A DNA stretch of 64,000 bases from assembly GCA_963851415.1 (NCBI GenBank), contig CAWKPF010000002.1, forward strand, positions 2,374,526 to 2,438,525. The letters are read 5' to 3'. The position numbers and the translations under genes were made by a program. The notes below the pieces were generated by a model. It was not told where the DNA came from, did not search any database, and worked only from the letters and a program-made list of their open reading frames with translations. Shown here in pieces: positions 36,614-45,612 of the stretch. Within the stretch, counting starts at the first letter, position 1; the number at the start of each line of letters is the position of its first letter. The stretch is from an uncultured Acidobacteriota bacterium (lineage in GTDB: Bacteria > Acidobacteriota > Thermoanaerobaculia > Multivoradales > Multivoraceae).

Positions 36614-38125
36614 ATGGTAGTGCTCGCCTTGATGGCGGTGCACGCCGCGGTTGCGCTCGCCTTTCCGATCTCCGGGGACGAGGCGTACTACTGGGACTGT
36701 GCCCGACATCTCGACTGGAGCACCTTCGATCAGCCACCCCTGGCAATCTGGACGATCGCCGCAGCCCGCTGGGTGCTGGGCGACAGCCAGCTGGCGGTCC
36801 GGGCTCCGGCCTTGCTCGCGGGGTTGATCATCGCGGTGACCCTTCTTCCCCTGGTTCGAAGGCTCGGGGGTAGCGTCCGCGACACCACCCGCGTCTGGCT
36901 CTGGCTGCACGTGCTGCCCCTGTTCGCGCTCGGTCTCTCCTACGCCTCGACCGACGTCGCGATGGCGGCCGCGTACGTCGTCGCGATTCTGGCCATCGTG
37001 GCCATCGTGCAGGGTCGGCGCGCGGCCTGGTGGGGTCTCGGCATCGCGCTCGGTCTCGGGTTTCTCGCCAAGTATCCGATCATCACGGCCCTCCTGCCCG
37101 CCTCGGTCGCGCTGCTCTCCCCTCGGGTGCGAGCGGACCTGCGCACCCCCGTACCCTGGCTGGCGGCGCTGCTCTCGTTTCTCCTGACCCTGCCGGTGTG
37201 GATCTGGGGGGCGCGCAACCAGTGGGACAATCTGGCCTTCCAGTTGAGTTGGCGACACTCTCCCCGCGGGCTCACCTCGAAGTATCTGCTCGAGTTCATC
37301 GGCGCCAACATCGGGCTCGCGTCTCCGGTGCTGGCGGTGCTCCTGATCGGCGGCCTCTGGCGGGCACTCGGACACCGCGAGGTGGAGTGGCGCGTCCTGG
37401 TCGCCGCCGCTCTCGCCCCCTTCCTCTTCTTCGGCTTCGTCGCCCTGCGCACCCGGGTCGGGGCGCATTGGGGAGCCCCGGGCCTCGTCATCCTGGTCGT
37501 GCTCTTCGTTCTGACCGGCTTCGGGGGCCCGCGGGTCCGACGGATCGCCGCCGCGGTGGGCGTGGTGCTCTCCGCGAGTGTCCTCACGCTGCTCGCGGCA
37601 CCGGGACTGGCGGCCGGCTTCGACTGGGCCTACGAAGAGCGCTCCGACAAGATCCGCACGTCGAAACTGGTGCGCATCGTCGGCAACGAGGCAATCGCAG
37701 CCGCCGTCGAAGCCCGACGCGATGCATGGGCCGAGGAGCTCGGTGTGCCAAACCGTGAGATCTACATCGGCTCGGAGAGCTACTCCGCTGTGCACCTTCT
37801 CGCCTTCTACTCCGGTGGCCGCCTCGACACCCGCCTGGTCCGCCTCACTGCCGGACAGCACGGCCTCGCTTCGCTGTACTGGTACGAGGAGGACGAGTTC
37901 CGCGAACGGCGATTTCTGATGGTGAGCGAGAAGAGCGACTGGCGACTGCCGCTACTGGTGGACGAGATCCACGAGCACTTCGGCCAGGTCGAAGAGGCTC
38001 CTCCCATCGTGGTCGACACCGGGAAACTCGGCTCCCGCACCCTGAGGGTGTGGCACTGCTCGGAGCCCCTCGATCCGGCGCTGATGTTCACCCGCGAAGC
38101 GGTGCGCGCCGAGCAGGCCTTTTGA
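36614..38125 (+). CDS. GT-C glycosyltransferase family 39 (ArnT/PMT-like undecaprenyl/dolichyl-phosphate-sugar transferase)
   Basis: The DEAYYW motif (GDEAYYWDCARHLDWS) in the first periplasmic loop is the GT39/ArnT hallmark; about 11 TM helices. Confidence 0.75.
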   Translation: MVVLALMAVHAAVALAFPISGDEAYYWDCARHLDWSTFDQPPLAIWTIAAARWVLGDSQLAVRAPALLAGLIIAVTLLPLVRRLGGSVRDTTRVWLWLHVLPLFALGLSYASTDVAMAAAYVVAILAIVAIVQGRRAAWWGLGIALGLGFLAKYPIITALLPASVALLSPRVRADLRTPVPWLAALLSFLLTLPVWIWGARNQWDNLAFQLSWRHSPRGLTSKYLLEFIGANIGLASPVLAVLLIGGLWRALGHREVEWRVLVAAALAPFLFFGFVALRTRVGAHWGAPGLVILVVLFVLTGFGGPRVRRIAAAVGVVLSASVLTLLAAPGLAAGFDWAYEERSDKIRTSKLVRIVGNEAIAAAVEARRDAWAEELGVPNREIYIGSESYSAVHLLAFYSGGRLDTRLVRLTAGQHGLASLYWYEEDEFRERRFLMVSEKSDWRLPLLVDEIHEHFGQVEEAPPIVVDTGKLGSRTLRVWHCSEPLDPALMFTREAVRAEQAF

Positions 38126-38230
38126 TTCCGACGGATCCGAATCGCCGAGGCCACTGACCCCGAAGTCCGTGCTCGGGCGGAGCCCGGGCGGCGCAACGGC
38201 GCTACACTGAGCTCTGGGGAGGCCAATCCC

Positions 38231-39484
38231 ATGTCAGAGCTCGCCATCGACCCGTCCTACCAGTACTTCGCCCTGGCCCTCGGCCTCGGACTGCTGGTCG
38301 GACTGCAGCGCGAGCGCAGGGGCTCGAGACTGGCCGGTGTGCGCACCTTTCCGCTGGTTACCATCCTCGGCACCCTCACCGGAACCCTGGCCGAGGCGCT
38401 GGGAAACGGCATGGTCTACTGGGCGCTGGGGTCGCTCGCGGTACTGATCGCCATCGCCGATGTCACCGACCTCCGGGTCCGTGGCAAAGAAGCCGACCCG
38501 GGGATGACGACCGAGGTGGCCCTCCTGGTGATGTTCGGGGTCGGGGTGCTGACCTCTCAGGGCTCGCTGGCGCTCGCCGCCGTGATCGGCGGCACGACGG
38601 CGGTGTTGCTCTACGTCAAGGACCAGCTGCATGGCTTCGCCGCTCGCCTCGGACCGCGCGACGCCCGTGCCATCATGCAGTTCGTCGTCGTGACGCTGGT
38701 CGTGCTCCCGATCCTTCCCAACCGGACCTTTGGCCCGTACGACGTGCTCAATCCGCGCCAGATCTGGTGGATGGTGGTGTTGATCGTCAGTCTCAGCCTG
38801 GCCGGCTACGTCGCCACACGGCTGTCCGGTGAGCGCACGGGAAGTCTGCTGGGCGGCGCACTGGGAGGACTCATCTCGAGCACGGCCACCACGGTCAGCT
38901 TCGCTCGGCGAAGCGCTGGCTCGAGCGCAGCCGTGCCCCTGGCAGCGATCGCCATCCTGATCGCGAGCGCCGTCATGATGCTCCGGGTGCTGATCGAAGT
39001 GGCCGTCGTCGCCCCGCAGCAATTCCTGGAGATGGCCTGGCCGATCGCGATCTCGGGAGGGGTTCTGGCGCTACTCGGCATGATCACCTGGCGGAGGACT
39101 CGAGACGAGGCCATCGAAGTCGCCGAGCCGCGCAACCCGGCCGAGCTCGGCTCGGCGCTCATCTTCGGCGGTCTCTACGCTCTCGTGATCTTCCTGATTG
39201 CCGCGATGCAGGACCGCTTCGGCTCCTCCGGTCTGTACGCCGTGGCCGCCTTTTCGGGACTGACCGACATGGACGCCATCACCCTCTCCTCCGCTCAGAT
39301 GGTGCGGGCGGACCGGCTCGATCCCTCGACCGCCTGGCGTCTGGTACTGGTGGCTGCCTCGGCCAACATGCTCTTCAAGGGAGCCATCGTGGCCTTGCTC
39401 GGCAGCAGACAGCTGACCGCGAGGATCGCGGGGCTCTTCACCGTGTTCGTGATCGGAAACGCCCTGCTGCTGTGGCTGTGGTGA
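38231..39484 (+). CDS. MgtC/SapB-family membrane protein with DUF4010-like C-terminal extension
   Basis: N-terminal MgtC-like TM region (…ALALGLGLLVGLQRERRG…GVRTFPLVTILG…) followed by further TM segments; 417 aa. Confidence 0.6.
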   Translation: MSELAIDPSYQYFALALGLGLLVGLQRERRGSRLAGVRTFPLVTILGTLTGTLAEALGNGMVYWALGSLAVLIAIADVTDLRVRGKEADPGMTTEVALLVMFGVGVLTSQGSLALAAVIGGTTAVLLYVKDQLHGFAARLGPRDARAIMQFVVVTLVVLPILPNRTFGPYDVLNPRQIWWMVVLIVSLSLAGYVATRLSGERTGSLLGGALGGLISSTATTVSFARRSAGSSAAVPLAAIAILIASAVMMLRVLIEVAVVAPQQFLEMAWPIAISGGVLALLGMITWRRTRDEAIEVAEPRNPAELGSALIFGGLYALVIFLIAAMQDRFGSSGLYAVAAFSGLTDMDAITLSSAQMVRADRLDPSTAWRLVLVAASANMLFKGAIVALLGSRQLTARIAGLFTVFVIGNALLLWLW

Positions 39485-39490
39485 GGGCTC

Positions 39491-39978
39491 TCAGCCGATC
39501 CCGCCGCCCGGACCGCCGCCCTCGAGGACTGCGGCCGACACCACGTTCTGGAACAGATCGGAGTCGGTGGGAGCCCGCTCCGCTCGGCTCGCGACTCGAC
39601 TCCCGCTGCCCTCTTCCCCCAGCCAGACACCGAGCAGATCGACGGCTGGATCCACCCAGAAGAGGAACTTCTGCTCGCTCTGCGAGCAGCCGTCGAGGAA
39701 GCGCGCGAACTGACCCGAGTTGCCGCTGGGCAGCTCGAGAAATCGCATCGACTGACCCACGTGGAGCTTCGACCAGTCCTCCTCGCGAGTCGATGGCCCT
39801 CTTCGAGCAGGGCTTTGAGAATCCAGGTCGAACCGATCGAGAGGGGGGCCGCCTGCGCTGCTATCAGCCCCAGTCGCTCTTCGCTCAGCTCGGGCGACGG
39901 CTCGAGTCGCAACAAAAGAGCCTCGAGCACAGCCGTGTCCTTTCCGTCGAACTCTGACAGGCGGCCTCCGATCTGCAT
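39491..39978 (-). pseudogene. hypothetical gene interrupted by a single frameshift near 39760-39790
   Basis: Protein-like sequence switches frame: upstream frame MQIGGRLSEFDGKDTAVLEALLLRL…ILKALLEEGH, downstream frame …EEDWSKLHVGQSMRFLELPSGNSGQFARFLDGCSQSEQKFLFWVDP…. The continuing upstream frame degenerates into S/R-rich shadow. Confidence 0.35.
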
Positions 39979-40064
39979 CTTCTTCGCGGGCTTCGGCACC
40001 AGACGATAGTAACGGCCGACCGACGAGCTCCCGACGGCCACTGACGGTTGGCTACACTCGGTGT

Positions 40065-41882
40065 ATGTCCACCTGCAAGAAGCTCGTCATGTGGGCGACG
40101 GTCGCATCGCTCGCTCTCTCCCCACTCGCGGTTCTCGCCGCCGAGACCGAAAGCGAGACCTCCCCCTCGCCGAACCTGAGCCCGGAGGCCTGGCGAGCGG
40201 ACTACGACCGTTTCATGGAGGCACAGCTGGTCGAGCGCAGCAAGGCCGGCGTGGCCTCGGGGCGCAACGGCGCCGTGACCGTGGCCTATAACGGCCTCGC
40301 CGCGCGCGCCGGACTCGCGGCGCTCGAGCAGGGCGGCAACGCCATGGATGCGCTCCTCACCGCTGCGGTGGCTCAAGTCGCGCTCACCGCCGGCGCACCG
40401 ATCAGCTACTTCGGGATCCTGTCCCTCGTCTACTACGACGCAGAGACGAAGTCCGTGCACACCATGAACGCCGAGTGGAACACCGTGATCGGAGAGACGA
40501 GCCCGATGACGATCCCGGGCGGCATCGACATGGCGAGTGAGGAAGGGATCCTGGGAGCGAATCCGAGCGGCCGCACGGCTCTCGTGGGCGGATTCATGAA
40601 GGGGGTTGGCGCGGCGCACGAGCGCTTCGGCAAGCTCCCCTTCGTACAGATCTTCGCCCCAGCGATCTACGTCGCCGAGGAGGGAATGCCAATCTCGAAG
40701 AAGATGGCCGGCTACTGGGAGATGCGGACCCCAGACCTGGCGCGCCTGCCCGAGACCAGGGCCACCCTGCTCAAACCCGACGGTTCCCCCTACACCGCCG
40801 GCGACACATTCCGGCAACCCGCTCTGGCCAAGACTCTTCGCGCCGTGGCCGAAGAGGGGGTCGACTACATGTACACCGGCCCGTGGGCGAGGAAACTCGT
40901 CGACGCGGTGCAGGCGGACGGCGGCAAGATGACGCTCGAGGACCTCGCCTCTTACGAGGTAGCCTGGGACGACCCGTTGGTCGCCGACCTCGGTGACGGC
41001 TACCGCGTCTACACGAACCCCTCACCCAACAACGGCGGCGTCGCCCTGATCGAAGCACAGCGACTGGCGCGGGCCTCGGGCATGCTCAAGGACGGACACT
41101 GGACCGAGTCGGGGGAGGGTCTGCGCAAAGCCCTCGACATCACCCAGCTCTACGTCCTCGATTTCCTCCCCAACGCCACTCTCGCGCAGTTGTACCCAGA
41201 TGTGGAGTTCACCCCAGAAGCGCGCGTCACGGAGGAGAACGCCGCGAAGCTGTGGCAGCACGTCGAATCGGGAAAACGCCTCATGCAATGGAACATCACC
41301 CGGGACAGCCCCCCCAAACACTCCGACGACGTGGTCGCCATCGACCAGTGGGGCAACATCGCCGCGATCACGCAGAGCATCAATTGTGTGATCTGGGGCA
41401 AGACTGGGATCGTGGTCGACGGCATCACGATCGGCGACCCGGCCTCCTTCCAGCAGATGCAGATCCAACGCGCCGGCCCCGGTCAGCGTCTCGAGTCCCC
41501 CACCGAGACCGGCATCCTGTTCAGGGGCAACGACCCCGTGCTCGGGTTCGCCTCGATGGGATCGGGGCTCCACCAGCGGACCTTCCAGGGGCTGCTCAAC
41601 TTCATGCACTACGGCATGACCGTCGATGAGGCGATCGACACCGCCGACTTCTACATGCCGCTCTCCGATCCCGCGACCCTCAAGCTCACATTGCGCGTGC
41701 CGAAGGGTCGCTTCCCGAAGGAAGTGCTCGACGGCACGGGTCTCGCCTACGAGGAGCTCGATCCCACGAGCGCTCGCTTCGGGGGAGAGGGCATCTGGAT
41801 CGCGATCAGTCGAGACCCGGTCACGGGAGAGCTGCGCGCCGCCTCGCACAACCGTAACAACAGCGCTGCCGTCGCCTTCTGA
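40065..41882 (+). CDS. ggt: gamma-glutamyltransferase family protein
   Basis: Signal peptide; GGT-like large and small subunit regions (…GGNAMDALLTAAVAQVALTAGAPISYFGI… and …HSDDVVAIDQWGNIAAITQSIN…GDP…). 605 aa. Confidence 0.75.
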   Translation: MSTCKKLVMWATVASLALSPLAVLAAETESETSPSPNLSPEAWRADYDRFMEAQLVERSKAGVASGRNGAVTVAYNGLAARAGLAALEQGGNAMDALLTAAVAQVALTAGAPISYFGILSLVYYDAETKSVHTMNAEWNTVIGETSPMTIPGGIDMASEEGILGANPSGRTALVGGFMKGVGAAHERFGKLPFVQIFAPAIYVAEEGMPISKKMAGYWEMRTPDLARLPETRATLLKPDGSPYTAGDTFRQPALAKTLRAVAEEGVDYMYTGPWARKLVDAVQADGGKMTLEDLASYEVAWDDPLVADLGDGYRVYTNPSPNNGGVALIEAQRLARASGMLKDGHWTESGEGLRKALDITQLYVLDFLPNATLAQLYPDVEFTPEARVTEENAAKLWQHVESGKRLMQWNITRDSPPKHSDDVVAIDQWGNIAAITQSINCVIWGKTGIVVDGITIGDPASFQQMQIQRAGPGQRLESPTETGILFRGNDPVLGFASMGSGLHQRTFQGLLNFMHYGMTVDEAIDTADFYMPLSDPATLKLTLRVPKGRFPKEVLDGTGLAYEELDPTSARFGGEGIWIAISRDPVTGELRAASHNRNNSAAVAF

Positions 41883-41947
41883 CGGCTCGAGATCCACGCT
41901 CAAGACCCGTGTCGTGGAGCTGCCAGAGATTCAGCGCGTCCCCCCCG

Positions 41948-41969
41948 ACATCGACGTGGCGGCGTCGAT
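41948..41969. terminator. hairpin between convergent genes (possible bidirectional terminator)
   Basis: catcgacg-tggcgg-cgtcgatg, 8-bp perfect stem with 6-nt loop, 66 nt after the ggt stop. No U-tract, so weak. Confidence 0.3.
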
Positions 41970-42011
41970 GGAACAGGGAGCCTCGCCATCAGCAGGTGCG
42001 GGTTCACTCGT

Positions 42012-43802
42012 TCAGAAGTCGACCGTGCTCTGGCAGCAGCGGTAACCGCCGGTCGGCAGAATCGGATAGGAGATCGAGAACGGCAGGCCCGGTGGGATGG
42101 AGAGCAGGGGGCTCAGGTCGATGGAGATCGGAGGCCACGGGGTGTCGAAGACCTGCCGGGTCGGGCTATTGGCCGAGGCGATGACGCCGCCTCCCTGAAG
42201 CCAGTCTCCCTGCTGGCAGCCGAGGCTCGAGGGGGGCGCACCATTCGCCAACTGGAAGATCTCGGGGGCCGAGCAGACGTGCCCTCCGAGCCCGGCACAC
42301 ACCGTTTCCGCGACGGCGTAGTCGAAGGTCTGATCGATTCCTGCGAAGACGGGGGGCATCGTCTCGATCGTGTGCTCCACATACTCTTCTCTCAGCTCGG
42401 GCAGATTGCACATGATCGAGAGCGAGTCGGGATTCTCGACGATCACTTCCGCCAGGTCGACCACGTTGGCGAAGGGGGCGAAGTCGAGGTTGCTCCAGCT
42501 GTTCGGGAGGTTGAGATTCCCGATGTTGACCGGGTTGGTCGGCCAGCAGTCGCCCGGACAGGCCTCGCCGTCGATGGTGTTGAACATCGGGTTGACGCCA
42601 TCTTCGACGAAGTTGTCGAAGCTGTTGAACAGGCTGTCGATCGCGCCGAAGGCCGAGCCCAGCGTGTTCTCCATCAGTACCTCGACGTCCGTGAGGGCCT
42701 TCTTGATCGGTGCCGTGTTGACGTCGATCGGTCCGCGCTCGAAGTACGCGGGGGAGCTCTTCGGCATGTTGGCCCACATGTCGCAGAGGGCCTGGACCTG
42801 ATCGGCGACCATCTGCTGGAAGTAGACCGTCTTCACGGTCTGGATCTTGCGTCCCGTGGCGCAGATTCTCTGCGTCTTGCCGTTCTGCTCGGGGAAGACC
42901 CGCTCGACGACGTCGAAGGGGGCCTCGCACTGCTCGAGCCCTCCGACCTCGGTGGCGAGATCGGCGAGGTCCGAAGACAGGGCCGCGAGATCGACCTGTG
43001 AAGCGGCACCGAGCTTGGTGCGTGCCGCCGCCGCGTTGACGGCACCGGTGCCGCCCTTGCCCACGCCCAGAGTCGTGCTCAGCGTCGCGGCGGAGCCGGC
43101 GATGTCGATGCCAGCCGTGCCGCTTGCCAGCTTTCCGGGGTCGAGGTCGGTGAGCAGGGAACCGTCGCCGGCGTATCCCTGGGCACTGATCAGCCCCTCG
43201 ACGCTGAAGGTAGCGCCCGGCGCTCCTCGCACGCCCGATCTGGCACTCTTGCGGACGGTCCCGCGGTCGGGCGCCGTCTGGGAACGGGCCGTCCGGGTCC
43301 CTTCGCGTGGTTCTGCGTCTTTCGCTTCGAGGTATCGCTGGACGACTGCGACAGCCGTCTCCAGATCGGGCTCGCTCGTCGCAGAGGCGACCCGAAAGAG
43401 GCTGGGCTCGGACCAGTCGGAAGAATCCAGCGAGCCCCCGGCCTCGGGGCGCAGAGCACGAATCGACCAGGCGTAGTCGGCCTCGTCGAGACAGCGCTCG
43501 AGCGACGGCGTCCACGATCGGGCCTGACCGGGAAGCCGCTGCGCGAGCACGCGCTGCGCCCTGCCGTCCTCTTCGTCGCTGAAGCGGTAGACCACCAGCT
43601 CGTAGCTGTCGGCCTGCTCGACCGCACCCCAGCTGAAGGTCGGGCAGGCCGCGGCCGTAGCTGCTCCGCTGGCCCGCCCCGGAGAGACCGCCAGGGGGAC
43701 CTCGGAAGCCGCCACCAGGTTGCCGAAGGTGAACGACACGAAGACACAGAAGAGCAGGGTGTTGCGGAGCACGGTGGGCGTCCTTTCGTGGGGGGAGCTC
43801 AT
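42012..43802 (-). CDS. secreted Cys-rich protein with FN3-like N-terminal domain and phage-tail-fibre-like GKGGTGAxNAAAARxxLG motif
   Basis: Start MSSPHERTP… (signal-like LLFCVFVSFTFGNLVAASE) overlaps the upstream stop by ATGA. Contains LGVGKGGTGAVNAAAARTKLGAAS, which resembles the conserved motif of phage tail-fibre / tail-spike proteins. C-terminal third has many Cys. Confidence 0.5.
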   Translation of the reverse strand: MSSPHERTPTVLRNTLLFCVFVSFTFGNLVAASEVPLAVSPGRASGAATAAACPTFSWGAVEQADSYELVVYRFSDEEDGRAQRVLAQRLPGQARSWTPSLERCLDEADYAWSIRALRPEAGGSLDSSDWSEPSLFRVASATSEPDLETAVAVVQRYLEAKDAEPREGTRTARSQTAPDRGTVRKSARSGVRGAPGATFSVEGLISAQGYAGDGSLLTDLDPGKLASGTAGIDIAGSAATLSTTLGVGKGGTGAVNAAAARTKLGAASQVDLAALSSDLADLATEVGGLEQCEAPFDVVERVFPEQNGKTQRICATGRKIQTVKTVYFQQMVADQVQALCDMWANMPKSSPAYFERGPIDVNTAPIKKALTDVEVLMENTLGSAFGAIDSLFNSFDNFVEDGVNPMFNTIDGEACPGDCWPTNPVNIGNLNLPNSWSNLDFAPFANVVDLAEVIVENPDSLSIMCNLPELREEYVEHTIETMPPVFAGIDQTFDYAVAETVCAGLGGHVCSAPEIFQLANGAPPSSLGCQQGDWLQGGGVIASANSPTRQVFDTPWPPISIDLSPLLSIPPGLPFSISYPILPTGGYRCCQSTVDF

Positions 43803-44278
43803 TTCAGGGGGCCGGTGGGGCCGCGGCCGACGACGCTCGACCATGCGGACGTCGTTCCCGCATCGAAACCATCGGCGAAGATCTCGCTGCACACGAGTGT
43901 CGGGTCTTTCTCGAGATGCACGTTCGTCGCGCTCACCTGCGAGGCTCCGAGGACAGCCATCGCCTCCCCGACGCAGGCGGTCTTCATGTCAAAGTTCCTC
44001 AGCACCACCGGACCGCCTTCCGATTCGATCCGGAGCGAGCCGGCGATGATGGTCGTGTCCTCCGCAGGACCGGCCAGAGTGAGACCTCGACCGACGGTGA
44101 TCGCTTCGGTGTAGGTACCGGCCGAGAGCTGGACCGTGGTGCACGATCCGTCGAGCACGGCACTCTGAATGGTCGCGTGGGAGCCGGGCACACTGCAGAT
44201 CTCTGCAGCGTGTGCAGCTGGGGCCGTCGCAGCCAGAGCGACCATCGATAGCCGAGCAAGACGTGAGTTTCTGAGCAT
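43799..44278 (-). CDS. small secreted protein with right-handed beta-helix-like N-terminal repeat
   Basis: Signal MLRNSRLARLSMVALAATAPAAHAAE. …ATIQSAVLDGSCTTVQLSAGTYTEAITVGRGLTLAG resembles pectate-lyase/NosD-type beta-helix caps. Translationally coupled to the downstream gene. Confidence 0.4.
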   Translation of the reverse strand: MLRNSRLARLSMVALAATAPAAHAAEICSVPGSHATIQSAVLDGSCTTVQLSAGTYTEAITVGRGLTLAGPAEDTTIIAGSLRIESEGGPVVLRNFDMKTACVGEAMAVLGASQVSATNVHLEKDPTLVCSEIFADGFDAGTTSAWSSVVGRGPTGPLK

Positions 44279-44416
44279 CAGGCCTCCTGACAAAGCGGTA
44301 GAGAAGCTCGCTGGTCCAGAAAGCGTCGTTGTTCGGCGAAAAGGATCACCCGGCGCTATCTCGAGAAGACCAAGCGCTCGAGACGACCAACGTCATGGGC
44401 AACAAGGAGGCGCGAA

Positions 44417-44790
44417 GTGGAGCCCCGAATCGAGGTTCTGGTGGCCAAGAAGCTGGTCGGCATGCGAGCCGAGATGTCCCTCGCCGTGGACCGACCCCTC
44501 AGCTCCGGCGGGCGTTCATGCCTGTGGGCGTGGTCGCCGATGTGCGCCACGGCGCGCTCTCGGAGGACCCCGGATCCCCGATGTACTACCGCACGCGCAG
44601 TTTCGACATTGGGCCAGCGGCCGTGCGATGTCGACTCTGGAGCTGGTGGTGCGCTCCCCACTCGAGCCGAATCGCTACTCAGTCGTCCGACAGTCGGCTC
44701 ACCCGCGATCGCCGTTTGAACCTGTGGCGAAACACCGCAGCTCCCCTGGCGGTTTCTCCCCGCCAATCCGTATAGGAGGGCGAAGAGGAG
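44417..44790 (+). pseudogene. possible GyrI-like (effector-binding domain) gene broken by at least 2 frameshifts
   Basis: MEPRIEVLVAKKLVGMRAEMSL (GyrI-like start) in one frame, …FMPVGVVADVRHGALSEDPGSPMYYRTRSFDIGP… in a second, …ELVVRSPLEPNRYSVVRQSAHPRSPF… in a third. No frame is intact. Confidence 0.3.
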
Positions 44791-44797
44791 GTGTCTC

Positions 44798-45364
44798 ATG
44801 CAGAGGAAAACCACGACATTCGCCGCAATCACGCTCCTGGGCGCCCTCTGGGCCGCCACCGGCCAGGCCGAAGATCCGTCAGATCACCCGATGATCGGGT
44901 CTCCGGCGCCCCCCTTCGAGCTCGAGTCCGTCAACGGCCACCCGCCGCTCTCGCTCGGAGAGCTGCGCGGCGGCTACGTCGTGGTGCACTTCGCAGCCAG
45001 CTGGTGACCGTTCTGTAATGCGGAGGCTCCGCATTTAGAAGCAGTGTCCCAGAAGTACCGGAACCGGAATGTCCGGGTCCTGATCATCGACGTGATGGAG
45101 GACTCGAAGGTGGCCTCCGACTGGGCGAAGCACCACGGTTTCAGCTTCCCGGTACTGCACGATGCCGAGGGCGAGGTCAGCACCCGTTACGCCCCCGAGG
45201 AAGTGCTCCCCGATCTGCCTCGGGACCAGGTCCCCATCGCCTCGAATCTGATCATCGATTCAGAAGGCAAGATCCAGTTCTACACGCTCCTCGACAGCCG
45301 GAACTTCGACGCCAAGCTGATTGCGCTACAGGCTCGACTGGACGAGCTGCTGGCACAGGACTGA
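44798..45364 (+). CDS. selenocysteine-containing thioredoxin-fold thiol:disulfide oxidoreductase (TlpA/ResA/redoxin family), Sec encoded by in-frame TGA at 45005-45007
   Basis: ORFs 44798-45007 and 45044-45364 are in the same frame. Read-through gives signal peptide MQRKTTTFAAITLLGALWAATGQA…VVVHFAASW-U-PFCNAEAPHLEAV…, i.e. the redoxin motif WCxxCRxExPxL with U in place of the first Cys. selC is present at 24058. Confidence 0.75.
45018..45034 (+). promoter_or_regulatory. bacterial SECIS-like hairpin 10 nt downstream of the UGA-Sec codon
   Basis: atgcgg-aggct-ccgcat (6-bp stem, extendable to 9 bp with flanking a/t) begins 11 nt after the TGA. Apical loop contains G, as in bacterial SECIS elements. 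Confidence 0.5.
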
Positions 45365-45612
45365 GGTCGGCGCGGGGCGCCCTAGTGCCAGACACGGGTA
45401 GCCTGACTCGCGCGGTGGCGACCCCGGTCGCCTCGCCCACCTCGATCGGTGACTCGAAGCTCCTGCCTGCGTCGCGGGAGAGCGCCGCCCGGATCCGCGG
45501 CACCCCCTCGACTTTGCAGGCCCTTCGCGATCCTGTGGCGGTCTCTCGCGCCGGATCGCGTTCTTCATCAGATAGATGCACAATGAATCTTCCAACTGGA
45601 AGGAGGCGTCCA

